Of a stretch of 64,000 bases of DNA, positions 23,382 through 36,939 are shown in pieces (within the stretch, counting starts at the first letter, position 1; each line of letters starts with the position of its first letter). Source of the stretch: Pecten maximus (lineage: Eukaryota); the NCBI RefSeq assembly GCF_902652985.1, contig NC_047015.1:46934001-46998000 (forward strand), read 5' to 3'. The notes below the pieces were generated by a model. It searched no databases and was not told the origin of the DNA. It saw only the letters and a list, made by a program, of their open reading frames with translations. Both the position numbers and the translations under genes were made by a program.

Positions 23382-23589
23382 TCTGACACAAGAGTATGTA
23401 CACTTACAATAAGAATTACCTAACTGACTGAAATGTTTTGCTTATAATTTAAATCATATTGTTACAGGCTTAGTTTGCAAGTGGTTATAAAGTTAATGAA
23501 AGATAATTGACTAATCAAGCCTGTAAAATTATTGTCTAGGGTTTTGTTAGATTTCTTAGTTTTTGGTGATGAAAATAGCATACATATTT

Positions 23590-24275
23590 ATAAGGATGGG
23601 TGTCAAGTTAATAACAACAGCCATGGTCATATGAGGATGGATATCCAAGTTGATGCCAACAGCCATGGTCATATGAGGATGGATATCCAAGTTGATGCCA
23701 ACAGCCAGGGGCATATGAGGATAGGTGTCCAAGGTGATGCCAACAGCCAGGGTCATATGAGGATGGATGTCCATGCAAGGTGATGCCAACAACCAGGGTC
23801 ATATGAGGAGGGACATCCAAGGTGATGCCAACAGCCAGGGTCACATGAGGAGGGACATCCAAGGTGATGCCAACAGCCAGGGTCATATGAGGAGGGACAT
23901 CCAAGGTGATGCCAACAGCCAGGGTCATATGAGGATGGATGTCCAAGGTGATGCCAACAGCCAGGGGCATATGAGGAGGGACATGCAAGGTGATGCCAAC
24001 AACCAGGGTCATATGAGGATAGGTGTCCAAGGTGATACCAACAGCCAAAAAATGAGGACTTGAGGAGGGGTGTCAAGGTGATGCCAACAGACAGGGTCAT
24101 ATGAGGATGGATATCCAAGGTGATGCCAACAGCCAGGGGCATATGAGGATAGATGTCCAAGCTGATATCAATAGCCCGGGTCACACGAGGATGGGTGTCA
24201 AGGTAATACCAACAGCCAAAAAATGAGGACTTGAGGAGGGGTGTCAAGGTAGTACCAACAGACAGGGTCATATGA
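23590..24275 (+). repeat. About 42-bp minisatellite
   Basis: Unit CCAAGGTGATGCCAACAGCCAGGGTCATATGAGGATGGATGT, about 16 copies. Confidence 0.93.
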
Positions 24276-24505
24276 TGATATGTGTCCATCTAGATTTCGG
24301 AGGTACCGGGTTCGAGTTCAGGTCTGGTTTTTTGCCTTTTTCCTCTCTTGTTAATATTTTGTTGTATTCCTTGGGAGGTAATATCATTAGTCTCCATATT
24401 CAATACCGGGTAGTTTTAATGATAAGGATGAATCTAGTCAAATACAATAAATTATTGTCCTATATAATATGCATCCAATGGTTCCTTTAAGGTTCCACAG
24501 TACAC

Positions 24506-24724
24506 TTTGGTTTGTTTTTGTTTAACGTCCTATTAACAGCCAGGGTCATTTAAGGACGTGCCAGGTTTTGGAGGTAGAGGAAAGCCAGAGTACCCGGAGA
24601 AAAACCACCGGCCTACGGTCAGTACCTGGCAACTGCCCCACGTAGGTTTCGAACTCGCAACCCAGAGGTGGAGGGCTAGTGTTAAAGTGTCCGGACACCA
24701 TAACCACTCGGCCACTGCGGCCCC
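24506..24724 (-). mobile_element. tRNA-derived SINE, same family as 23159
   Basis: Highly similar to the 23159 copy; TSD ACAGTACAC. Confidence 0.9.
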
Positions 24725-25294
24725 TACAGTACACAAATATATACATATTAGATTATAAACAAGTAATGAACAATATACATGTGAAAATGTATTAACACTG
24801 AGCAATTTAAAGATTATTGTTGAGGTTCTAGCCGCAGAATCCCATCCCAAAGTAACTACATTATTAAATGTGAATATTGCCACTTATTATGCTAACCTGT
24901 TATATGCTTTACCTTATCAAATATCATTGAAATACATGTTACTAAAATTAGCACATATATTGAAAATGTGTTTGCTATTTTCATAAATACATGGAAGCCG
25001 TGTTCATGACAGTAACAAATTAATATACAATGTACTCATAATTACGTGCTATACTGTTGCATTTACCTGCCTTGTGTTTCCCGGAATATATTAATAGGGT
25101 ATAGGTTTTGTGTATTCACATTTTTAAAGAATAATGTATGTTTTATGGAGTCTAAACATATTCATCTGGTTAAAATGTGGATATTTCTTATATTTATGTC
25201 TAAATAATTCTAATTTTGCTATTATTATTTGGTATTTTTCAACCATTAGTTCTTAATGGCGGGTCAAATTTTCTGGTGTATATTGATAGACGAA

Positions 25295-25395
25295 CATATT
25301 ACCTACTTCCGGTTAAACAACCTTTTCGGTACTGACAATATGTATATCCAGCTATTATAAATCACTCCACAAAATTTGTGTCCTGTGTAAGTATA
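25295..25395. promoter_or_regulatory. Probable bidirectional PIGX/CHMP6 promoter with non-coding first exons
   Basis: ETS-like ACTTCCGG at about 25305, minus-strand donor TAG|GTAATA at about 25301 and plus-strand GTAAGT at about 25387. Both genes have an acceptor upstream of their ATG. Confidence 0.5.
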
Positions 25396-26871
25396 GTATG
25401 TGTTATGATATTCATTCTGTGAAAGTTTGGCCGTGTAAGGCTGTTACTTTGCCTGTAGTCCTTGTAGAACAGAATGGTAGGCCGCATAGGTAGTTGGTCT
25501 TCGTTTGGTCTGTTCGTAGTCTTGGTTATAGTATACCAGTACTAATTAGTTGATCTGATAGTCTATAGGCCTACTGGCTAGCCAGTATGGCTGTAGGTGC
25601 CTTGTTGCAGTCGCTACAATTACATCATATCATGGATTGGTCGGCCTGGCGCCTCTTAATGAGGAACTGGACACAGATTCAGAATCTGTGCCGATGTCAA
25701 TATATATATACTGTACAGTAGACCTAGTTTATGTATGAGAATAAAATACACTGACTTAGGAACGTTTAAAAAAACTTCATAGACATTTTTAAATTCCTCT
25801 ACTGCCAGCAGTAACGTTACTGTTAGACTAGCTAATCCTACAGGATTGTTGTCAATGATGTGTAGTTAATATGTATACACTGTACTCCCAATCAAGTGGG
25901 GTTATTTTTTCAAGTTTTAAGTGTCATACTAGGCCACTGCTGGAAGATTTAGGTAGCTTTATAGTGTAAAAATCATTGAGGTAGGTGATATTATTATGAA
26001 AAAGTGTATGATGGACTGAAGTCTGCCTCTAAATAATTAACTAAACTTAGACGCACCCATACCATAAACATATACACACACACATGCATAAAAAGCCATA
26101 ATTTATAAGGTTGTATTCTCCAATGTTCCATGTTATGGGACATGATGGTTTGATATCTAATATACATAAAAGCATATATGCCCCCTTTTGGCCCTTTTAG
26201 TGGCAGAACCTACAAGAGGAAGTGTGACAATTACAACTACATGTACATGTAACTAGATTGAAATTAGTTATGAAAAAATGTGGGAAAGAATCACTAAAGA
26301 TGTATATTTCTTGATCTGCAGCATATGTCATGGTTGCATATTGTACCACACCTGGGCAGTGCCCTTTGATAATTGTACATGTATAACTGCAATGATTCCA
26401 TAAAAAATGTAAGTGCTGGCCAGGTGCCACCCAATAATAGGTGCACCACAATGCGGCTATATCACAGAATTTATGATGGCACTTCTGGTGTCAAGTAGCA
26501 TCTTCCCTAAAAATGTATACATGTATCTTCATTGTACACTCCAGAGCAGTCTCGATACTCTATGGGTTACAATCACATACACTTTATTCAGTCATGATGA
26601 GAGCGTACCTGGTATGTAATCATATGATCATAACCCTTGGAGTATCAAGGATGACTACAGAATTAATTACTTAAAGAAGAGCTCTAAATACTCACTCAAC
26701 ACCAAGAGATAAAGTTGGAAATGACATAAGGGACCACATGCAAGTTTTATATAAATAAAATAGAGGTACAGACCCAAAACATGCTGCCCAACATTGTCCA
26801 TATTGCCTTGAAATCTTGGTATAGGGTGGGATGATTGTCATAATTAAGATTCTTAACACTTGAGCACTGCA

Positions 26872-27090
26872 AGCCGCGGTGGCCGAGTGGTTAAGGTGTC
26901 CGACACTAGCCCTCCACCTCTGGGTTGCGAGTTCAAAACCTACGTGGGGCAGTTGCCAGATACTGACTGTAGGCCGGTGGTTTTTCTCCGGGTACTCTGG
27001 CTTTCCTCCACCTCCAAAACCTGCACGTCCTTAAATTACCCTGGCTGTTAATAGGACGTTAAACAAAACAAACCAAACCAAACAAACCAA
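26872..27090 (+). mobile_element. tRNA-derived SINE, same family as 23159
   Basis: Same body and (AAACC)n tail; TSD ACTGCAAGCC at 26866-75 and 27091-100. Confidence 0.9.
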
Positions 27091-27356
27091 ACTGCAAGCC
27101 AACTCACTGATTTCTTTAAAGAATTGGTATAAATCGTTATTCACCCAGTGATGCCCATCTGACTAGCCCCCAAAAAAATTAATTTTGGGTATTCAAAGTA
27201 CTGCAGTAGTAACTTCTACTCCGTTGTATGCCATCATCAGTTATAATAATTGTCAATTTGTTCACATCAATTAGCCTCTTTATTTTTATTACAGGTTTGC
27301 TGGGGGGAAAGGTATGAGGAAATCTGTGTGAGAATTGTCTTCATATAAGAATCAAT

Positions 27357-30300
27357 ATGGGCAGATCATCTTCAAAACCGAAGCAACAGCCATCACGAGT
27401 CACTGAACAGGACAAAGCTGTTTTGGTAAATCAATCTTACATGGAATTAGTTTCTTTTGTTTCAGATCTGGAACAATTGTTTTGTTGTAAGTTAAACCTG
27501 GATCTAAACACAGTTCACCCAGGGTAGCCCAGGTTTCCCCTGGCCCTGACACCATGTCTGTCTACTCCAGACATCTCGCTGTCGGACTGTCCAAAGTCTG
27601 GTGTCAGGGCCAGAGGAAACCCAGGCTACACACAGGGAAGAAGGCTTCTATTAGTTTGACAGGGATAAAAAGACTTTAAGGAGTAACATTTATAGATGAC
27701 CTACTTTTATAACAATGCCAGTACTCTTCCACTAATTGCTAACTAGTTGCTAATCTCTTCCATTGTTACAATAAAAGCAACATCATCAGTGCACATGAGC
27801 TTTTAGAAATGAATGCACAAGGCAGTCAGTTCAAACATCTGCAGATATATACAATGTAAATATGTAATGCTATCTGCATAAAATTTTACCTACCACATCA
27901 CCATTTAGTAAATTGTATCCTTATTTTTACAGCAACTTAAGCAGCAAAGAGATAAACTGAAACAGTACCAGAAGAAAATATTTGTGCAGATAGAGAAGGA
28001 TCGACAGGTGGCCAAACAGTTACTGCATGATGGCAAGAAGAGGTACTCAGTGGTGTTTCCATTATTCATATAAAAAGATGTATACAATTCTTAAATTTTT
28101 CATGAAATACATTTCTACATTTTTTCTGAACACTTTTTCCCTCCTTATGGTTATAACTATTGCAGACTTGAATTATTACAAGTAGTAGTGTTGATTTCCA
28201 AAATTTGAATATTTTTTATGTTAAGAAAGATTACATTTCCATATACATGCATGACCATTATAGTTTTTTAGAGCAGATGGATGGAGTTCTAAAATCTTCC
28301 AATTGTGCATTAAATACCATTTAACAGAGCTAAGTATAGTGTCAGTCATTTGATTTTCATAATACTAAGGTTTTAATCTCAAATATAAAATTGTTCACAT
28401 TTCATTACAGTAAAGCGAAGCTCATGCTCAGAAAGAAAAGATTCCAAGAGTCTCTTTTAGAAAAAACAGATGGACAACTGGAGAATATAGAGCAAATGGT
28501 AAATACATTTTTGTTTTAAAGTCAGCAGATACATATCAGTTCACTATTTTCAGTCCTGGGCTGTGTTTGTTGGGACTCCGTCTACTGTATTGTAATGTTT
28601 GTTTGGGAATTGTCCAGCTTTCTAAAAGGATTTCTCTAAAACAAAATCTTTCAGAATCTTTTGAAATGTCTTTCTTTATTGTACTAGTTATCTAGGTTTT
28701 TCCAAACTTCATTGTGTTATGTACTTTAGCAAAATTTTGCATTCAGCTCTGTTTCCATCAAAGCAGTAGTAGTAGCATACATGTTTAACAGGCATACTCT
28801 AGTTGTAAATCAGTTGAACTAATTTTATGATTTCCTTCCTAATCAGTAAGAAAGTTACATACTGCATTTTTCAATTATCATTTTTTCAGGTGCATGACCT
28901 TGAATTCGCTCAAATTGAAGCCAAGGTCTTTGAGGGGTTGAAGGTTGGAAATGAGTCACTGAAAAAATTACACCAGGTAAAAATTAAAACATAAAATGGT
29001 TGGATGTGTTTTAATTTAAATGAAAATTTTTCATGTGAGTTATAGAAATAAAGGTAGTGAGGTTTGGGTACATATCCTCACTTAATGCTGACATTTAAGT
29101 CAGGAACTACAAAGCTCTTAGTCCTGACTATGAAGTATGTAAGAAAATCATTTCATTTTCAAATTTTGAATACTTTCTCAATAAAAATTGACATCATTTT
29201 AATGAAAATTATCAGAAGTAGTGAAGGTCATGCTGCTTTTGAATTTTACTTAAACTTTCAATATACCGGTACATTATTTTCACTCCTTCCTGCTTATACA
29301 TTTACCAGAAAATCTTCCAAACTAAAAATGTGTCAATATGAATGATTAGTGAAAAATCATAGAGGAAAGGAGAGAGGAAAACAAAGAGTCAATCATTATG
29401 TAGTACTGTTATAGGAAAAAAATTTAAGTTGTGCAGTCTGCTCAGAACCACAACAAGCCCTGATCTTACTCATATCCTGTACGCTTTGGTAGAGTATTCA
29501 ACTAAGGTATCCATACCAATGCATAATTTTATTTTGATTGAGGTCACTAATCTCGCAAATTTACCATGAGACCCTATGTTTAATTTTATCCAATATTTGA
29601 AAATTATAGAGTTGTTAGGTACATATACATGTATACGATTAGTCTAAATTTTTATTACTATTTATTTCATTTTGCAGATCATGTCAATAGAAGATGTTGA
29701 AAAACTGATGGATGAAACACAAGAGTCGATTGAATATCAAAGGGTAAATTGAATTTTCTCCACCAGTTTTGATAGGAAGTAACTGAACATGAGTTAATGA
29801 TTTTCTGTCAGAACTAGAGAAAACTGTCAATATTTAAAGGTAAAGCTCATGCTTGTAGAACTTTGAAAAATCTACCACGGCTAGTCATTGGAATAAGAAA
29901 CTGCCCAGGCTAGTCGTGGAATGGGAAACTACACCCTTGAATGTAATGTTAGCAAATACAAAAAATACAATTCATATATGTACAAGATTTATTATAAAAT
30001 TGTAAGTAAAAATGTACTGTATATATATCATTTCTTGTTTTCTTCCTCTCTTAGGAAATAGACGACATTTTAGCTGGAGGTTTGACTGAGGATGATGAAG
30101 AAGATGTCCTAGCTGAACTAGATGAACTAACTAAGGTATTATGTGTTAAATTCACTGCTGTCTTGATAATTAAATACAGGCAAACAAGGATGTTATGGTT
30201 CTCTAAACTTATCACTGTTGTGAATCATTTGAAAAGTTTGGTTTGATGTTAATTGAGTCATTATAAATCGTTTTGGACCTGAATACGGCAACTTGTTCAA

Positions 30301-31254
30301 GTGAGATTGCATGTGTGTGGAACATGTGTGGCTCACGATCGACTTACATAAATCCACGTAATTGCTGATAGATATACAATTTCAAGGAATTAAACATCTA
30401 AATAACTATTAATTTCCTTGATTATTTGTTCAATATTTACTTACTACACGCTTTATATATATAAGTATTAAATCATAATCCTACCTGCGCAGTGGATTTT
30501 TTCACTTGTCAAATTTTTTTTTAAAAAGTGTGCACTATACGTGAATATTTATGGTATACAAAACTTCCTCTTTTTTGTGATTTTTTCTGAAAGATAGAGA
30601 GTGAGGATTGTGAACTATAGATATTGATATTTTTATATTCTATTTGTTTTCTTTAATATTTGATGTACTACAGATTTTAATTAGAAGCAGTGTTTTGTAA
30701 TATGTCAGACAAGAAGTATATTTGATAAGTTTCATTGACCTATTCAAAATACATCTATCTTTCAATGGAAAGAAAGACAAAAGGACCACGTTGTTTACTA
30801 ATATGTAAACAGTTTTTGAATGCCATGTTATTTCTCTCTACAGCAAGACATTGCATTGCCCGACGTGCCTACAGACGAACTACCAGAAATACAAAAAGAA
30901 AAGGAGAGAAGTTAGTAAAATATTATGTTATAGACCCCCTGTCCAAGTTTGTATTGACCGACCAGTGTTGAGAGTACATTGTAATAAGAGGTCAATGAGC
31001 AGAAAATGGATCCTGAGATAGATACTGTCATGAAGATTGCCTCCTTGTCATAGTTTTGCATATTTTCCCCATTGTGGTGTCATAATTATTACAACAGATA
31101 AAACATCACGCCTTTGGGAAATTTAATCTAATTAAATATCATATATCAGTGAAAGTTGTTTTAAAACAAACCGTAATTATTAAAAAATTATTTTCTTTTT
31201 TCAGGGAAGGCTCAGAAAGAGGAGAGACAAGCAGAAGCAATACCAGCATCTTGA
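27357..31254 (+). CDS. CHMP6: Charged multivesicular body protein 6 (VPS20, ESCRT-III)
   Basis: Exons 27357-27425, 27933-28042, 28411-28498, 28890-28976, 29678-29743, 30055-30135, 30844-30910, 31205-31254. MG start, SRVTEQDKAVLQLKQQRDKLKQYQK, Snf7 core and MIM2 motif LPDVPTDELP. Confidence 0.96.
27525..27628. mobile_element. About 100-bp palindromic MITE in CHMP6 intron
   Basis: About 30-bp inverted arms TAGCCCAGGTTTCCCCTGGCCCTGACACCA / TGGTGTCAGGGCCAGAGGAAACCCAGGCTA. Confidence 0.75.
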
Positions 31255-32384
31255 CATTTCATCATCAAACTATCTTTTACTACAATTATGTCATTTTACT
31301 GGAATCAGACCAATATTAACAGTTCAACACATTCATCCAAGTTTGAGGTGGAAGTTTGATAAACCGGAACTAAAGTGCAGTGATATATAGCACACCAGTC
31401 CGCTGACTAATTAGTGTGTTACATTACATTATATAAAAACTGAAACCGTTGTTAAAACCAATACATTAATGAATACATGTATATGTTTTGGTCATGGAAT
31501 TTAAAGATGGTCTCCCCAAAAGCAATATTCCAATAAATTGAGCAAAATTATTGAAAACTTATAAATTTCACATTATGTTGGGTTACGATTATGGACATTT
31601 GATTCCTATAATGTAATTATCAACGTAAATGCACATTTTATGTGTGAACATAAAAAAGGAAAAGTCCTATAAAGCACAGGGACCTGATATGTGATAGAAT
31701 GGTCTTAGGATCAGGATGTTAAATGTTAAGTGTTTGGTCCCTCTGTTAATAAGCCGGTGTGAACATGCTGTTTTGAATGTGGTAATCCTTCATCTCTATT
31801 GATTGGTCATGTATAGGAGGCATTTCATGATTTTTTGATCCCGTTATTTTCATTTTGAATTTAAGTGAAAATTTTTAAATGATTTATAAGAATAGTAATA
31901 CATTACAGGAATTGATATTAAAATAATTTAAGTCTTTATCAAGAATTCAAGATATAGACAGATACTTCGGATAACTAAAAAAAATATTTTATTGTCATGA
32001 AAGCAGTACTACAAACTTTAATCTGATGTATAATCAATTTTTCCCAGCAAATCTTGTCAGTCACATGACCAATGTTTTATATATAATATATTTAATGAAA
32101 ATGGACCTAACTGTAGCATCACAATACAGTAATGATTAAAAAAACCAGTCGGCTCGTGCTCAATCCTATAACTCGCCTAATAATGCTCATATTTTGTGAT
32201 GTATAAGTTGTGAATTAATGAATTACTGCTATCAGTAATATTTTGTTATTATAGTGAAACCTTTGCAATCTATTTCTACAATTTGTCATACCAGACAACT
32301 TCAGCTGTAATCCAACCTCTTATCGAAATGGTATTAGATAGGTTTCATCGTAGAAATATTTTTCCATCATATCTTATATTAATA

Positions 32385-32930
32385 TTGTTAGGTCATCTGA
32401 CCTATTACCATAGTGTTTCGTCTGTCATCCCCAATAATCTTTTCCTTCAAAATGCTACTCCTCATTAAATGCAAATTTCAATCAAATTTGGTCTGCAGCA
32501 TTATTTGGGGAAGACAATTATTTCTTAAATAAATGAGACTTGTTAGACCCCTAGGTACAGAGGGTCAGGGCCCCAAAGGGGAACTTAGTTAAAATTATGC
32601 TTTGAAACACTACTCCTCATTAATGTCCGAGTGGATTACAGCCAAATTTGGTCTGTAACATCATTGGGGTAGGGCAGTCATATCACTTCTTAAATATATT
32701 AGGCTGATCTGACCCCTGGGGACAGGGTCTGGGCCTGAAAAGGGAAACTTGGCTGAAATTTTGCTTTAAAATGCTACTCCTATGGCCGAGTGGCTTACAC
32801 CAAAATTTGGTCTGAATCATTATTTCTATAATTAATTTAATGAATTTGATCCCTAGAGACTAAGGAGGGTGGGGTCCAAAGGGGAAAATAGCTCAAGTTT
32901 GGCCTTAAATTTGACTTTTTGCCACTGCTG
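32385..32930. mobile_element. Diverged HINE/Pearl-like element with about 160-bp internal repeats
   Basis: Three diverged modules containing CTACTCCT...AAATTTGGTCTG...GACCCC. Confidence 0.55.
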
Positions 32931-33816
32931 ACCAAAACTACATCATGAAAAACACATTCTTAGTGGGATATTATTAAAAGTGGTATGTACCATATGGTAT
33001 TTCTGAATTGGGAATTAATATACATGTACATGTATATTCTTAACGAATGCTTCATTCATTTCCGAGCATATTGAGAAGGGAGACAAATTTAAGGAGGGTA
33101 ACTCTGTAACTGATTTTCAACTACTTGACATTTGCTTTTTTATGTAACTTGTTAATGAAGCAATGATTCAGTTCCAAGAGTCTTCAATACTTCTTATTAA
33201 ATATATGGAAAAAAATTAACTTGAAATTTCCATGGTAAAGCATTACAGAGTCCTTGTCTGATATTTTTTTCTTGAATCTAATGATGCTTCCTATGGAAAA
33301 CTTTGAACATAGGAATTTTTTCCTTCATTTAAGGAATGTTGATGAAAGCTGGATAAGGTCATGCTTTGACAGATATATACTTGGTATACTCATCATCGTT
33401 TATCTTGAGTTTGGTGGGTGAATAGACTCGATAATAACAAGTGTAGGTTTATGTTTTCTTTGATACATTGTGTATTTATCATGTATGGGCATGATTTAAG
33501 AAATGAGTAAGTTATCTTTTGTATATGATTATATTATTACATATTTAACATGTATCTTTTCCATGTTCAATACAAAGTTTCATGCTTTTAATTAATATAC
33601 ACTGTTTATTATTTTTATGATATAAAGATAAAGCTACTTGAAATAAATCCATCATTTATTAATCCATCTGGCTTGTTTTATATACATTTTTCAAAGACAG
33701 ATAATAATGGAGGTTCAATTTACTAACCAGGATGTTTTATTTAGAAAACAAAAATCTTCTCTTCTGCTTCCGGTGGAACAACATTTAGATTCAGCATCAA
33801 TGAAATTGAACTCAGT

Positions 33817-34010
33817 ATACAGCAGAACCTTACTTTACCAACACACTGTAGGACCATGTCAATGTGTTGGATATGACAGTGTGTCAGTAAAGTCAGTGTC
33901 AGCTGTGATAGTTGAGCATGTCGCTGTTTGACCCTGTTTCAATAAATATGGTCAGATGGTACAGGATGCCATTAAAAGACATTTGTCAGTTAAGTCTGGT
34001 TTCACTGTAC
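33817..34010. mobile_element. pogo/Tigger-like MITE
   Basis: TA|CAGCAGAACC...GGTTTCACTG|TA termini. Confidence 0.5.
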
Positions 34011-34479
34011 AGAGGAAAGCGATTTCATTTACTGAGTGTTCTAGAAGAGTGGATTCTGTTGAGAATAAATTTGTGATATACAAGAGGCATATTCAGAATA
34101 CAGCAATCTCTTCTGAACAAACATGCACGCTGCTGCATTCAAGAGCACATGCATACTTTGCCATCAAATTCAACATGGTGTTGAATGGAATTACCATGGT
34201 GAGATTGACAATCAAGAGCAAAGATGAGAGAATTATGTACAAATTGTTCATAAAAAAGACACCCAAAGTTATCGTCATTCCAGTAAGAAGAATTACATTT
34301 GAATGAATAATAAGGATCACACCCTAGTGGGTCACTGTTATAACCAAATACAACCCTTGTATTTCACACGTACACAGGAGGGTGCCATTTTGAATTCGAG
34401 CTGAGCACCAATATCTGTTCAGAATAGTCAATATATTGTCACACAAACACTTCAGGTAGTGCTCATCATCTTAACACAC

Positions 34480-36070
34480 CTCTCAAAGATAGTGGTCTTT
34501 CTCTACAGGTATCACAAAGATGACGATCTCTGTACAGGTATCACAAAGATGATTATCTATGTACAGGTATCACAAAGATGATTATCTATGTACAGGTATC
34601 TCAAAGATGGTGGTCTTTCTCTACAGGTATCACAAAGATGACGATCTCTGTACATGTATCACAAAGATGATGATCTCTGTACTGGTATCACAAAGATGAT
34701 TATCTCTGTACAGGTATCACAAAGATGATGATCTCTGTACAGGTATCTCAAAGATGGTGGTCTTCTCTACAGGTATCACAAAGATGACGATCTCTGTACA
34801 GGTATCACAAAGATGATTATCTATGTACAGGTATCTCAAAGATGGTGGTCTTTCTCTACAGGTATCACAAAGATGACGATCTCTGTACATGTATCACAAA
34901 GATGATGATCTCTGTACTGGTATCACAAAGATGATTATCTCTGTACAGGTATCACAACGATGATGATCTCTGTACTGGTATCACAAAGATGATTATCTCT
35001 GTACAGGTATCACAAAGATGATGATCTCTGTACAGGTATCTCAAAGATGGTGGTCTTCTCTACAGGTATCACAAAGATGACGATCTCTGTACAGGTATCA
35101 CAAAGATGATTATCTATGTACAGGTATCTCAAAGATGGTGGTCTTTCTCTACAGGTATCACAAAGATGACGATCTCTGTACATGTATCACAAAGATGATG
35201 ATCTCTGTACAGGTATCACAAAGATGATTATCTCTGTACAGGTATCACAAAGATGATTATCTCTGTACAGGTATCATAAAGGATGGTGGTCTCTCTGTAC
35301 AGGTATCACAAAGATGATGATCTCTGTACAGGTATCACAAAGGACTGGTCTCTCTGTACAGGTATCACACAGGACTGGTCTCTCTGTACAGGTATCACAA
35401 AGGACTGGTCTCTGTACAGGTATCACAAAGGCGGTGTCTGTACAGGTTATCACAAAGGCAGTGTCTGTACAGGTATCACAAAGGTGGTGTCTGTACAGGT
35501 ATCACAAAGATGGTGGTCTTTCTGTACAGGTATCACAAAGGCAGTGTCTACAGGTATCACAAAGGCGGTGTCTGTACAGGTATCACAAAGGCAGTGTCTG
35601 TACAGGTATCACAAAGATGGTGGTCTCTCTGTACAGGTATCACAAAGATGATGGTCTCGCTGTACAGGTATCACAAAGATGGTGGTCTCGCTGTACAGGT
35701 ATACCAAAGGAATGTGGTCTCTCTGAACAGGAATCACAAAGGATGATGGTCTCTCTGTACAGGAATCAAAGGATGGTGGTCTCTATTTAGAGGTATAACA
35801 AAGGATAGTGGTCTTTCTGTACAGGTATCACAAATGACTGGGCTCTCTGTACATGTATAACAAAGATGGTGGTCTCTACTCAGATATCACAAAGGGTGAT
35901 TGTTTCTCTGAACAGGTATCACAGAGATGGTGGTCTCTGTACAGGTAAAACAAAGGATGGTGGTCTCTGTAATATATCACAAAAGATGGTGGTCTCTCTG
36001 TAAAGGTATCACAAAGATGGTGGTCTCTCTGTAAAGGTATCACAAAGATGGTGGTCTCTCTGTACAGGGA
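34480..36070 (+). repeat. 24-28-bp minisatellite array with higher-order structure
   Basis: Unit GTACAGGTATCACAAAGATG(A/G)TG(A/G)TCTCT. Confidence 0.96.
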
Positions 36071-36640
36071 AAGCAATGCAGACTTTATAAAAAAAAATCA
36101 AAATTCATGATCTTCATGGTATTTTACCGCTAAAATATCTGTACTGCACTCTTTCCTAGAAGAAACCCACAACAAAAAGCAGATGTCCATTTACATATCC
36201 CGTGTATTTTGTCCTGTTTTATCGATTCTGGGTTAGAATTACGGTTTGTTTGTGTGTGTCCGTGTTCTTTGATGTTTAAGAATCGGGGAAAAAACAATGA
36301 AGATTTAAGAGCATTTATTCAAGATCTCATAAAGTTTTTTCTAACCAGAATGTACACATAAAAAGGGTAATAAAATATAGTCTATAATCTGTTAAAGAGT
36401 TCATGGTACATTGGAACGACATTCCATATTTGGCTGGTCCGAATAATACTGGTGTTTTCCGAGATTAAACTAAACGCAAGTACAGCCAGTTACCCCACAT
36501 CCCCAATTTTCTCTGGACCATAAAATGCGGTTGTAATCATATAATAATTTAAAAGGGTCCAGACCAAATTAGGGACATGAGAATGTGTTACAGTCTACAG
36601 TTGTCCCTTATGTGTAAAGCCTTCAGATGTCTTCGTGGAT

Positions 36641-36939
36641 TCGGGGCAGTTGCCAGGTACTCACTAGCGGATCCGACGGGGGGGGGGGGGGGGGGGGGCT
36701 TCGGCCTGACCCCTTGGCGGCCCCCTGACACCTTGGCGGCCCCCCTGACCCCGCCTATGGCGCTCGCATGATCACTAAATCACTAAATTACTGAATCTCT
36801 CCCCCCTCCCCCCTTTCGAAAATCCTGGATCTGCGCCTGCGGTACTGACCGTAGGTCGGTGGTTTTTCTCCGGGTACTCCGCCTTTCCTCCATCTCCAAA
36901 ACCTGGCATGTCCTTAAATGACCCTGGCTGTTAATAGGG
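36641..36939 (+). mobile_element. 5'-truncated SINE interrupted by a GC-rich MITE (about 36662-36839)
   Basis: SINE GGGGCAGTTGCCAGGTACT resumes as GGTACTGACCGTAGG, with GGTACT duplicated. Insert termini CACTAGCGGATCC...GGATCTGCGCCTG. Confidence 0.7.

Noticed and set aside
23532-24289. DANSQGHMR repeat ORFs
   Set aside because: Minisatellite translations with frameshifts and no supporting gene structure.
35283-35790. Overlapping ORFs (CTGITK, VQVSQR)
   Set aside because: Minisatellite-derived.
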